This document shows, in pieces, positions 1 through 8,993 of a stretch of 64,000 nucleotides of DNA. Source of the stretch: Bryobacterales bacterium (GTDB lineage Bacteria > Acidobacteriota > Terriglobia > Bryobacterales > UBA6623); NCBI GenBank assembly GCA_963422375.2, contig OY729428.2:1088001-1152000 (forward strand). The letters run 5' to 3'. The notes under the pieces were generated by a model, which worked only from the letters and a program-made list of their open reading frames with translations, searched no databases and was not told the origin of the DNA. The translations under genes and the position numbers were made by a program. The first letter of the stretch is position 1. Every line of letters begins with the position of its first letter.

Positions 1-291
1 GGCATCGATGCGAAACCGGACTCGGTTCTGGCGGGCTTGGATCCCCCGGACGCGAACTACGTCATTCAAGAGCCGCACGTGCGCGACTTCCTGACCTGCA
101 TGCGCAGCCGCAAGCAGCCGCTGTCCAATCCCGAGGCAGCTCACCGGTCCCACACGATCGCGCACTGCGCGAATATATGCCTGCGCCTGGGACGAACCGT
201 CCGCTGGGATCCGCGGGCCGAGCGCTTCGAGGGAGACGCCGAAGCCAACAACATGCGCTATCGCACGATGCGCACGCCGTGGAGGGTATGA
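1..291 (+). CDS. Gfo/Idh/MocA-family oxidoreductase, C-terminal part (5' truncated by the window edge)
   Basis: Frame open from base 1. The sequence HVRDFLTCMRSRKQP...AHRSHTIAHCANICLRLGRTVRWDP...F.GD.EAN is the typical C-terminus of this family. Confidence 0.75.
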   Translation, partial: GIDAKPDSVLAGLDPPDANYVIQEPHVRDFLTCMRSRKQPLSNPEAAHRSHTIAHCANICLRLGRTVRWDPRAERFEGDAEANNMRYRTMRTPWRV

Positions 292-701
292 CCATGCTGC
301 GAGAGAGGATCCAAGAGGCCGCCCGAGCGGCCTCGTCTTATGACTTCGGCGAGTCCACCTCCGCCCTGTTCGAGATCGACCGCCTGATCAACGAATCGCA
401 CGGGGACAGCGAGGCGCGCTCCTTGATCGAGCAGGAGCTGGCCGCCCTGCTCGGAGCTCCGGCCAGCCTCGCCGCCAAGCAGGAGGCATGCCGGAGGCTG
501 TGGCGCATCGGCAGCGACAGGTCTCTGGACGCCCTGCGCCCGATGCTGGAATCGGAGGATCCGCGCGAGGTGGCCGCGGCCTGCTACGCCATCGGGCGAC
601 GGCCGTCAACGCGATCGGACGACCTCCTTTCGGCGGCCTTGAGGCGCGCCCCCGGGCCCTGCCGGGCACCGCTCGAGCACCTGATCGAAGACCGCCGCTG
701 A
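288..701 (+). CDS. HEAT-repeat-like helical protein
   Basis: ATGA overlap with the upstream stop. AKQEACRRLWRIGSDRSLDALRPML...AACYAIG is a HEAT/PBS-like pattern. Confidence 0.6.
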   Translation: MTMLRERIQEAARAASSYDFGESTSALFEIDRLINESHGDSEARSLIEQELAALLGAPASLAAKQEACRRLWRIGSDRSLDALRPMLESEDPREVAAACYAIGRRPSTRSDDLLSAALRRAPGPCRAPLEHLIEDRR

Positions 702-758
702 ACGTGCGCCACGGAAGGGGCGCTGGGCGTAGCGTCCGCGTGGGCAATAATCGGAACC

Positions 759-2228
759 ATGGAAGGTGTCGCGAACTATATTGGCGGACGGTGGGAAGCC
801 GCCACCGGTTCGGATGTCACGCCCGTAATCGATCCGTCGACCAACGAAACGATCGCGTCGGTTCCGCATGACGGCCGCGACGGTGTCGCGAAGGCGGTGG
901 CCGCGGCGTTCAAGGCCTTCCCTGCCTGGCGGGCCGTGCCGCCGGGAAACCGGATCCAGTTCCTATTCCGGTTCAAGCAGCTCCTAGAGGAGGACTTCGA
1001 GGGCATCGCGCGCACGATCTCGCTCGAGAACGGCAAGACCTACAGCGAGTCGGCCGGCGAACTCCGCCGCGGGATCGAGAACGTCGAGGTGGCCTGCGGC
1101 ATCCCGACCATGATGCAGGGCTACAACCTCGAGGACATCGCGCGCGGTATCGACGAGACGATGGTCCGGCAGCCGCTCGGCGTGGTCGGGATCATCACCC
1201 CCTTCAACTTCCCGGTGATGATTCCCCTGTGGTTCATCCCGTACGCGATAGCCTGCGGCAACACGGTGGTCGTCAAGCCGTCGGAAAAGGTGCCCCTGTC
1301 GATTCGGAAGGTAGTCGAAGTCTTGGAAAGGACCGGCCTGCCGGAGGGCGTCGTAAATCTCGCCAACGGCGGGCCGGCGGCGTCGGAGGCGCTCGTCGAG
1401 CATTCCGACGTGCGGGCCATCAGCTTCGTGGGATCGACTCCGGTCGCCAGGCAGATCTACGCGTCGGGGGCACTGCACGGGAAGCGCATGCAATGCCAGG
1501 GGGGCGCCAAGAACCATGTCGTGGTCATGCCCGACGCCGACCTCGAGACGACAACCAAGATTGTCGGGGACAGCGCGTTCGGGTGCGCCGGCCAGCGCTG
1601 CCTGGCGGTGTCGACGGTCGTGACGGTGGGCGAGGCGCACCGGCCGTTTCGCGACGCGATTGTCGAAGCCGCGCGATCGCTGCGCGTGGGCCCGGGCCTG
1701 GGCGACGGCGTCGAAATGGGCCCGGTCATCACCTCGGCCAGCCGGAGCCGCATCGAAGGGGCCATCGCCCGCGGCTCCGCCGACGGGGCCGAGGCGGTGC
1801 TGGACGGCCGCGGCCTCCGCGTCGACGGGAGCGAGAATGGCAACTTCGTGGGCCCGACGGTGCTCGATCGGGTCGATTCCGGGGGATTCATCGGAACCAC
1901 GGAGGTCTTCGGCCCGGTCCTAGGCCTCACGCCGGTCGGGAGCCTCGAGGAGGCGATCAAGGTCATTGCGCGCAGTCCGTTCGGCAATGCCTCGTCGATC
2001 TTTACGGCGAGCGGCGCGGCCGCCCGGAAGTTTCGCAGCGAGGTGCCCACCGGCAACGTCGGGATCAATATCGGCGTGGCCGCGCCGATGGCGTACTTCC
2101 CGTTTAGCGGCTGGAAGAACAGCTTCTTCGGAGTGATGCACGGCCAAGGCCGGGACGCGGTTGAGTTCTACACAGATAAGAAGGTCGTGGTCGAGCGCTG
2201 GCCACAGGAGTGGTCGCGCCGGTTCTAA
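759..2228 (+). CDS. mmsA: CoA-acylating methylmalonate-semialdehyde dehydrogenase
   Basis: ALDH motifs ITPFNFP, KPSE, SFVGST, GGAKNH, catalytic AGQRC and EVFGPV, plus the MMSDH-type tail FPFSGWKNSFFG. Confidence 0.9.
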   Translation: MEGVANYIGGRWEAATGSDVTPVIDPSTNETIASVPHDGRDGVAKAVAAAFKAFPAWRAVPPGNRIQFLFRFKQLLEEDFEGIARTISLENGKTYSESAGELRRGIENVEVACGIPTMMQGYNLEDIARGIDETMVRQPLGVVGIITPFNFPVMIPLWFIPYAIACGNTVVVKPSEKVPLSIRKVVEVLERTGLPEGVVNLANGGPAASEALVEHSDVRAISFVGSTPVARQIYASGALHGKRMQCQGGAKNHVVVMPDADLETTTKIVGDSAFGCAGQRCLAVSTVVTVGEAHRPFRDAIVEAARSLRVGPGLGDGVEMGPVITSASRSRIEGAIARGSADGAEAVLDGRGLRVDGSENGNFVGPTVLDRVDSGGFIGTTEVFGPVLGLTPVGSLEEAIKVIARSPFGNASSIFTASGAAARKFRSEVPTGNVGINIGVAAPMAYFPFSGWKNSFFGVMHGQGRDAVEFYTDKKVVVERWPQEWSRRF

Positions 2229-2291
2229 GACGGGGCGCTCGCACATCCACGCTCGCTGATCCCAAGCTAGGCGGCCGGGGTACGGCACGTT

Positions 2292-2795
2292 TCAGGGACG
2301 CATTGCCGAGGGCGGGACCTCCCAGTAGCGTTCGTGGCAGTCGTTGCAGGCGGTGTAGATTTCCCCGCCGGTGTCGAACACCGCCTCCGGATCGTGGTTG
2401 CTGGCCGCCTCGACGGCGAGGGACGCCGCGTCGATCAGCGCGGCCGCACTCTCCATCCACTCGCCGGAATCCTTGGCGCGCCCCTCCAGCATGAGCAGGT
2501 TGCCCGCCTCGGCCACCGTGAGGGCGCTCTGGAGTACCTGCTCCCATTCCTCGTGGCTGCGCGGGCGGATTTCGTTCGTGCCTTCCTTGGTGATGATCGT
2601 TCCGACCGAGTCCCACACGACGTCGGCGTGCGGGTAGATGACGTCGTGCATCAGGTCCTCGACCGAGGCGACCGGCTTGAACGGCGGTGACACCCCTTCG
2701 CCGGACCCGCCGCCTTGGCCGCAGGCGATCGCGAGGGCGAGAACCAAGCCGACGGGCGCCACCGCGACAGGTCTCCAAGGGCGTGCTCCGGGCAT
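2292..2795 (-). CDS. Putative lipoprotein c-type cytochrome (class II / cytochrome c'-like, C-terminal haem motif)
   Basis: Signal peptide with lipobox-like LAIAC, helical body and CNDCH near the C-terminus. Start chosen at the ATG at 2795. Confidence 0.65.
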   Translation of the reverse strand: MPGARPWRPVAVAPVGLVLALAIACGQGGGSGEGVSPPFKPVASVEDLMHDVIYPHADVVWDSVGTIITKEGTNEIRPRSHEEWEQVLQSALTVAEAGNLLMLEGRAKDSGEWMESAAALIDAASLAVEAASNHDPEAVFDTGGEIYTACNDCHERYWEVPPSAMRP

Positions 2796-3001
2796 CGGCA
2801 GTTCCTCCAGCTCACTCGGGCGGTCCGGACACGCACGGGCACCAAGCCCGCGGCCCGCAGCGTACCCGACGTCGCTACACTTTAGCGCGTGGGAGGAGCC
2901 GGCACCGCCCGAGGCAGCGCGAGCGCCTCGCTCTGCTAGAGTCTTGGTTTGCTCCTCGCGTCGGCCCGGGCGGCGGCTGATCGCGGAGGCCGTGCCGCAC
3001 A

Positions 3002-3499
3002 ATGTCTTTGCCGGCTTTCCTCGAGTGGCTCGAGGGCACGGGAGCGAGCGTCGCGATCCGCGAGTCGATTCTGCTGTACCCGATCGTGGAGACCACCCAC
3101 GTCCTCACGCTGTGCCTGTTTCTCGGCATGACCGCCACGTGGGATCTGCGGCTGGTCGGCGTCGCGATGCGCCGGGTGCCCGTTTCCGAAGTCGTGAACC
3201 GGCTGTTCCCATGGGCAATCGCCGGCTTCGCGGTGATGGTCGTCAGCGGCTCGATGCTCTTCCTGTCAAGTCCCGTCCGCGCCTCGCAGAACATCTTTTT
3301 CCAAGTGAAAATGGTGGCAATCGCGCTCGCCGGCCTGAACGCCTTCGTGTTCCACCGGACAGTCTTCCGCTGGGTCTCGCAATGGGACCAAGCCGACAGC
3401 ATCCCGTTCCGGGCCCGCGCCGCCGGATTCTGGTCGCTCGTGCTCTGGAGCGCCGTCGTCGTATGCGGGCGCATGCAGGCCTACAACTGGTTCGACTAG
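3002..3499 (+). CDS. DUF6644-like membrane protein
   Basis: About four hydrophobic segments with IRES..LYP..ET.H, DLRL.G and F..KM motifs. Confidence 0.7.
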   Translation: MSLPAFLEWLEGTGASVAIRESILLYPIVETTHVLTLCLFLGMTATWDLRLVGVAMRRVPVSEVVNRLFPWAIAGFAVMVVSGSMLFLSSPVRASQNIFFQVKMVAIALAGLNAFVFHRTVFRWVSQWDQADSIPFRARAAGFWSLVLWSAVVVCGRMQAYNWFD

Positions 3500-3511
3500 G
3501 CGCAGCGTCCC

Positions 3512-3988
3512 ATGGATCTGTTTCCGGTATTTCAGTGGCTCGAGGACACCTCGATCGGGGTCGCGATCCGCGAGTCGCTCTGGCTCTTCCCGGTCATAGA
3601 GGCGGTCCACCTCCTAGCCTTGGCGCTGACCGGGGGCACCATCCTGCTGGTGGACCTGCGCCTGCTGGGCTTCGGCTTGCGCAACCAAGCGGTCGCGCTG
3701 CTGGCCGAGAGCGTCCATCCCTGGCTGGTTGGCGGCCTCCTGACGATGGTCGCGACGGGCATCCCGATGTTCCTGTCGGAGGCGATCAAGTGCTACTACA
3801 GCCCGCCGTTCTGGTACAAGATGTTCTTCCTAGTCATCGCGACGGCCTTCACGTTCACCGTCCGCAAGCGGGTTACGGCGGCCGATCAAGCGCGGGTGGG
3901 GCCGGTGTGGGGCCGACTCTCGGCTGTGGCTTCGTTGGGACTCTGGTTCTGCGTTGGCTTCTCGGGGCGCTGGATCGCCTTCTACTAG
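3512..3988 (+). CDS. DUF6644-like membrane protein (tandem paralog)
   Basis: Same motifs (IRESLWLFPVIEAVH, DLRLLG, FWYKM, GRWIAF); lies 12 bp downstream of its paralog. Confidence 0.7.
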   Translation: MDLFPVFQWLEDTSIGVAIRESLWLFPVIEAVHLLALALTGGTILLVDLRLLGFGLRNQAVALLAESVHPWLVGGLLTMVATGIPMFLSEAIKCYYSPPFWYKMFFLVIATAFTFTVRKRVTAADQARVGPVWGRLSAVASLGLWFCVGFSGRWIAFY

Positions 3989-4022
3989 CGCGAGAGCCCG
4001 CGCCCCGCCCCAACGGCGCGAG

Positions 4023-4460
4023 CTAACGTCCCGGCTCCGTCGGGTCCCGCCCGTCGTGCGGGGCGCCCGTCCCGGACGAGCCCATGAACAGCTTGCTCCC
4101 GTCCTCAAACGTGAGGTTGCGCCCGTTCGCCTTCATCGTCCCGTCCTTGGCTTGGTAGCCGTCCACCAGGATCACCGTGCCGGGCAGCAGCGAACTCTTG
4201 GTGAAACCCCTGCGGAACAGGGTGTTGGGCGTGCCTCCCTCGACCATCCAGCGCTCGACGCCGCCATCGTCCTTGGTCACGTCGATGTGGATCCACGCGT
4301 GCGGGTTGATCCATTCCATCTTGGCTACCGCGCCCTTTAGCTGAACGGGGCGCTTCGCGTCGAACTCGGCTGAGAAGGCGTGGTGCCCCGCCAACGGCAG
4401 CGCTAGCAGCAGCACCCCCAGCGCTGCGGCGGCGGAAAGGCAGACTCGTTTGCGTGTCAT
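4023..4460 (-). CDS. DUF6152-like secreted protein
   Basis: Signal peptide followed by HHAFSAEFD, WINPH and W.VEGGTPN.L.R.G. Confidence 0.75.
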   Translation of the reverse strand: MTRKRVCLSAAAALGVLLLALPLAGHHAFSAEFDAKRPVQLKGAVAKMEWINPHAWIHIDVTKDDGGVERWMVEGGTPNTLFRRGFTKSSLLPGTVILVDGYQAKDGTMKANGRNLTFEDGSKLFMGSSGTGAPHDGRDPTEPGR

Positions 4461-4496
4461 GCGATCGCTCCCCGGTTGCAGTGTACCCGCACCCAG

Positions 4497-5501
4497 TCAG
4501 GGCAGGTTCGACCCGCTGTGCGGCTGGCCCGCCCGCTCCGCGGCCCTGGCTCCCTCCAGCATCGTGAACATGCTGTAGTTGCCCTCGTGGCAGGCGTATT
4601 CGAACATCGGCTGGTCCGTCTTCTTCATCGGAATCGCCGCCGTCCACGGCCGCTCGAAGGACTCCGGATCCTCGACGGTGTATTCGTAGACGATCCGGTC
4701 GGGGCCGACTCGCGTGAAGCGCTCGACCAAGCGCATGTTCCTGCCCGAGCCGCGGAAGGATGTCTTGCCCGTGAAGTTCGTCGACTCGACGACCAGCGTG
4801 TCGCCTTCCCAGCGGCCGCGGGGATCGCCGCGCCACTGGCGCATCCCCTGCGGGAGGTGCGGACGCCCGTCCAGCGGGACGATGCGAGCGTCGTTGACCA
4901 TCTCGATCAGCAGGACGGCGTAGCCCGGCGTTTGTAAGATATGCACGTTGTTGTTGTATGCGCTGGGACTGTACGGCGGTCCGGCGTTGAATCCCAGCAG
5001 GCAGCGCTCGGCCACGCCGCGATCCTCGGGACCGTGGGGCGGGCGGGCCCTGGCGGCCCGGATCGCGTCGTATCGCTGCCGCGCCGGAGCCGTGAGCGGC
5101 GGGATCCGACCGCCGGGCGGATCGACGATGAGGGAGGTGCGGCCGTCCTCGATCAGCTGCTCGCCGAAGTCCCACCAGAACTGGTTGTAGGCGTTGCGGA
5201 CATCCTGCTCGGCAGAGATCCCGTCGGAGGCGCGCCGGTCCTTGTTACGCCGCCTCAGCTCCTGCACGCGGAACTCCTCGGCTTCGGCGGCGTCGCTGAA
5301 AGTGTCCCGGTCGCCTAGGCTCCTCGGCCTCTCCAAGGGGGTGATCGTGCGAAAGTCCCACACTCCCCGCAGGTCTGGCTTCCCCCACGCTGTGCGGGGC
5401 GCTACCCACTCGTCGTGCTCGCCGCCGGCCGCCTCGGCAGCCTGGAGCGACGCCGCCAGGAAGGCGACCAGACCAACCGCGAGTCCTCGAACCGTCATCA
5501 T
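4497..5501 (-). CDS. Conserved secreted hypothetical protein (type B; DUF6152-associated)
   Basis: Signal peptide; WGKPDLRGVW, RTSLIVDPPGGRIP, ERCLLGFNAGPP, GRWEGDTLVVE, EYACHEGN. Paralog at 12696. Confidence 0.8.
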   Translation of the reverse strand: MMTVRGLAVGLVAFLAASLQAAEAAGGEHDEWVAPRTAWGKPDLRGVWDFRTITPLERPRSLGDRDTFSDAAEAEEFRVQELRRRNKDRRASDGISAEQDVRNAYNQFWWDFGEQLIEDGRTSLIVDPPGGRIPPLTAPARQRYDAIRAARARPPHGPEDRGVAERCLLGFNAGPPYSPSAYNNNVHILQTPGYAVLLIEMVNDARIVPLDGRPHLPQGMRQWRGDPRGRWEGDTLVVESTNFTGKTSFRGSGRNMRLVERFTRVGPDRIVYEYTVEDPESFERPWTAAIPMKKTDQPMFEYACHEGNYSMFTMLEGARAAERAGQPHSGSNLP

Positions 5502-5514
5502 TCCGCCTCCTCCG

Positions 5515-6342
5515 TCATTCGCTGTCCTTTTTGCGCAGGTGCCCGTACATCATCTCTTCGACGAACTCCACGCATTTGAATTCCAGCAGCTGCATGCCCT
5601 CTTCCATTCGCCGGTACAGAGGCATCCGGACCATCCAGGGCCGGGTGAAGACCTTTTCGTCTTCGATGGTGGCCTCGTACAGCAGGTGGTTGGGCCCCGT
5701 GAGGGTGTAGCGCTCGATCACTTTGAGCGAGTCCGAGTGAAAGTTGCCTGAACTGTCGAGCCAGGTGTCGGGCACGTGGTTCGTCACGTCGACCACCAAG
5801 GTCTGCCCGTCCCAGCGCCCGCGAGAGTGACCCATCCACGCGTCGCCCGGATGCTCGAAGTCGGGTCGATTCATGTAAATGACCCGGGAGGCGCTAGCGA
5901 ACTCGTACGCGATCAGGATGTGATCGGGAGTCTGGACGATCTGGAACGGGAAGGGCATGTAGGCGGCACGCGGGACGCCCGGCATGTAGCACTTGACGAC
6001 CGGATCCAGCTTGAGCCAGTCCTTCCGGTTCTGGTTGCGCTTCTCGAGGGCCCAAGGCTGGTAGGGGATCTCGCCGCCGACCACGACACCGAGCCCGCCC
6101 GGAATCGCGCCGAGAGCGCCCATCTCGACCACCGGACCCGATTCGGCCGAGTGGCCTTCCACGTTCCAGTGCGCCGAGCCCAGAGCCTGCCAGATGCCGT
6201 TCAGGTTGGGGTTGCCGTCCGGCGTCAGCGGCGCTTCGTGCTCCTGCGCCAGCCCGGCGGCCGAGAACGCGGCGAGCAGCACGGCGAGGATGGCCGGACA
6301 GCCTCGCACGTCCGTGGCTAGCGCTAGCACCAAGCTTCGCAT
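5515..6342 (-). CDS. Conserved secreted hypothetical protein (type A; DUF6152-associated)
   Basis: Signal peptide; PNLNGIWQA, DPVVKCYMPGVPR, GHSRGRWDGQTLVVDV, EFKCVEF. Paralog at 13792. Start uncertain. Confidence 0.8.
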   Translation of the reverse strand: MRSLVLALATDVRGCPAILAVLLAAFSAAGLAQEHEAPLTPDGNPNLNGIWQALGSAHWNVEGHSAESGPVVEMGALGAIPGGLGVVVGGEIPYQPWALEKRNQNRKDWLKLDPVVKCYMPGVPRAAYMPFPFQIVQTPDHILIAYEFASASRVIYMNRPDFEHPGDAWMGHSRGRWDGQTLVVDVTNHVPDTWLDSSGNFHSDSLKVIERYTLTGPNHLLYEATIEDEKVFTRPWMVRMPLYRRMEEGMQLLEFKCVEFVEEMMYGHLRKKDSE

Positions 6343-7129
6343 CTCGTTCGACTCCAACCAGATTCTACTACTCGCCCCCACCTGCGCGTTCGAATCGGGC
6401 CGGTCGCAATCGCAAGGTCACGCGTGGCGCGGTGCAACTTGCACGTGTCTGACGGCCGAGTCTCCGGCCTCGAGGGGCGCCTCGCCCAAGCAGCCCCCCC
6501 GGTCGACGGTACGGACCACGCCGGTCCCGAGGGAGCGGGGGATCGGCGTCGCGCACAATCGGGACTCACGCGACGCGCGGCCGGAATCGAGAGCCTCCTG
6601 CGCATCCGGGCACCGTGTTCGCGGCTGGCCTATACGTTCGGGTACGTTCGGGCGGAACGCGAATTGCAGATCGACCGGCTGGCTCAATGGGCCTGCGGCG
6701 CCGACCTCGCAACCGAGACATCCTACCTCGCACGGCGGCTATAGCACCAAGGCACGAAATCTCGTTTCGGGCCAAGATCCTTCCCAGAGGTACAATCCGG
6801 CCATGCCTCCCGATTACGGCAATCCATTCGAGGTGAATGGATAGCACACTCCGCGCATGAGAACTTCTCAACGAGCTTCATCAGATGACTTCTGGCAAAA
6901 GAATACTTGCACCATCTGTGGTATCTCTATCTAATCTCTCTCCAAGTCTATCTACTATACGATCCTTCGATCTGTGGACAATTCCGGTTCACTCATTTGC
7001 TTGCCATAGATTCTGATTTAAGGGTTTTTTTGGACTCTCTAACTCCTGTTAAGAAGAGCGAAGTCTTGATTAATTTCTGCTACAATCCCACTCATAATGG
7101 TTGGAAATATCTGTAGATTGTCGTCTGAT

Positions 7130-7494
7130 TACAACTTCTATTGCCTCCTATTGGGAGTCGATGCTGTATTCTGTCATCGCATGAGGGTCCGCATAGAGTA
7201 GCCTGTCAAGGACGCACACATCCGCTGACTGAACCGCGCACCTATCCAAAGAGCGATTCGTTCTCTTGGGTACGTCCCATTGTATTCTCGTCTTGGATCT
7301 GCGTCAATGCTGTAAGTGATGTTTCGTCAAGTAAGTCAATTGAGATCTAGACGGAATTGCGTGGGGGCTTGAATACTCGCCAAGGAATCGAGCTACTCCT
7401 CTTCGATTTATCTCTCTATAGTGCCGTCAAAGACGCCACGAACTACTCCTTCATCGTGGGAAATAGGTGTGGAGATCGCTCTGAATAATGTCAC
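7130..7494 (-). pseudogene. Decayed ART/RES-like toxin-fold gene (tentative)
   Basis: Manual translation ISHDEGVVRGVF...IPWRVFKPPRNSV*ISIDLLD...SLFG* has in-frame stops and an E..R / F / IS.D pattern. It starts directly after the 7497 ORF. Confidence 0.3.
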
Positions 7495-7496
7495 TC

Positions 7497-7856
7497 TCAC
7501 TTGGATGACCATGCCATCATCTTCCTAAGACTTAGACCCGGAATGACTGAAGAACTTGGGAATGGACGCTCAAATCTGATTCCTTGACCTGCCATGTAAA
7601 CCAATGCAGAGCCGTCCGCATCAAAGATTATCACGACAGTACCTCCGTAACTCTTGTTGCCCATTTGAATAGTTACGATTTGATCGTCATTCGGAAGTAT
7701 GATGTCGGGAGAAAGTTTCATTGACCGAGCCAATCTCTCAGACACTTCTCTCGCAGAATTTATTGCTGTCTCTGAGGGTGTCTCGCACTGGTTTGCCAAT
7801 GACTTCTCGACAAGCGTGTCTGCTTCGTGAGGCGATTCAGCAAGCCATTCATTCAT
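7497..7856 (-). CDS. Hypothetical protein (possibly 5' decayed)
   Basis: 119-aa ORF in the low-GC island, co-oriented with its neighbours. Confidence 0.4.
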   Translation of the reverse strand: MNEWLAESPHEADTLVEKSLANQCETPSETAINSAREVSERLARSMKLSPDIILPNDDQIVTIQMGNKSYGGTVVIIFDADGSALVYMAGQGIRFERPFPSSSVIPGLSLRKMMAWSSK

Positions 7857-8139
7857 TCATATTCGACGGACTTGAATCCGACTCAATTGCTTGGATCCAA
7901 CGGAGATTAATCCAACAATAAGAGTTTGAATTCCGAGACTATTGAAGTGAATAATAATCGAAAAAAGTAATCCGACAGGAGGAGTAGTGTTCCGTTAGCT
8001 GAACGCGACTAAGAGATCTCTTGAGTCGATCTTCATATTGATTTGAAGTCGATATGATTGACTGAGGATAAAAGTGGCTAACCTTGTGACTATTGTGCCA
8101 ACTCAAGCGGGTTTGAAACCATAGCCGATGCAGTGACTG

Positions 8140-8499
8140 TCACGCGACTTCTTCAAGGCTCTGAAGATGATTTCCCGGCCGAGAATAGAGTTGCTTGGCA
8201 GTGTCGAAGTTCATCATCACGTCAACTTCGACTTCTCGGTCGAAGCGGCTGCCTCCCGTACCAATGAACTGCTCCGGTTCCAAGATAATTCCATCGTCCT
8301 TAACACATCGAAATCCATGTTCCTGCAGAGCCGGGCGCTCGGCGTAGAGTGCCATCCGAAAGAGTCCGCGTGGCGTGAATTCCCCTATGGCACCGTCGCA
8401 ATAGACGACTCGGAACGAGCTGCCCCTGAGACAGCGGAATCCAATCCGGTCGACGCGCCCGTCGTCGGCAGCGCCCTTCGGCTGGTCTTGCTGTGCCAT
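8140..8499 (-). CDS. Conserved hypothetical protein (DUF3467-like pattern)
   Basis: FRVVYCDGAIG..TPRG...LYAERP...REVEVDVMM..TAK resembles a recurring small-protein family. Confidence 0.55.
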   Translation of the reverse strand: MAQQDQPKGAADDGRVDRIGFRCLRGSSFRVVYCDGAIGEFTPRGLFRMALYAERPALQEHGFRCVKDDGIILEPEQFIGTGGSRFDREVEVDVMMNFDTAKQLYSRPGNHLQSLEEVA

Positions 8500-8993
8500 G
8501 CCTCGTCACTCCGGTAGCCCATGGAATAGAGCATTTCCCTGATTCAAAGCGACAACGGGGTCAGCCTCGAACACGGGTCCGAGCCTCGCGTCGCCCATCG
8601 CTCGGCACAACACAGGCTGGGCCCTCGCAACTGTGTTACTAGCGTACATGCGATTCACGAGGCACCACCGGTCATAGGTGCCGGCACGCATATCCTGCTA
8701 GCTCTAGCGGACCGCATGTCAGCACGACGACGAGGGCTCAGTTCAATTCATCGGAACAGGGACCGGGCCCCGCCAGGGAAGGACCTCGTTGGACTGGCCG
8801 GCGCTGAACGCACGGATGCCTCACTGGTCCACTTTTCTATGCGGGCCCAGCTCAGGCCCCATCATGCGGCACGGGGCGCGGGAGCCGAGTCCGCACGTAC
8901 GCCGCTTGTCCGGGCGCGCACTCAAGGCAGGCCTCGTGAGTTATCATTCGAGGCGGCGATCGTAGATCAACCGAGGGGCTCGCTCTAGGTATC

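Larger units (their letters stand above)
6840..8140. other. Low-GC island with decayed ORFs
   Basis: Visibly AT-richer than its flanks; few long ORFs. Confidence 0.7.
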
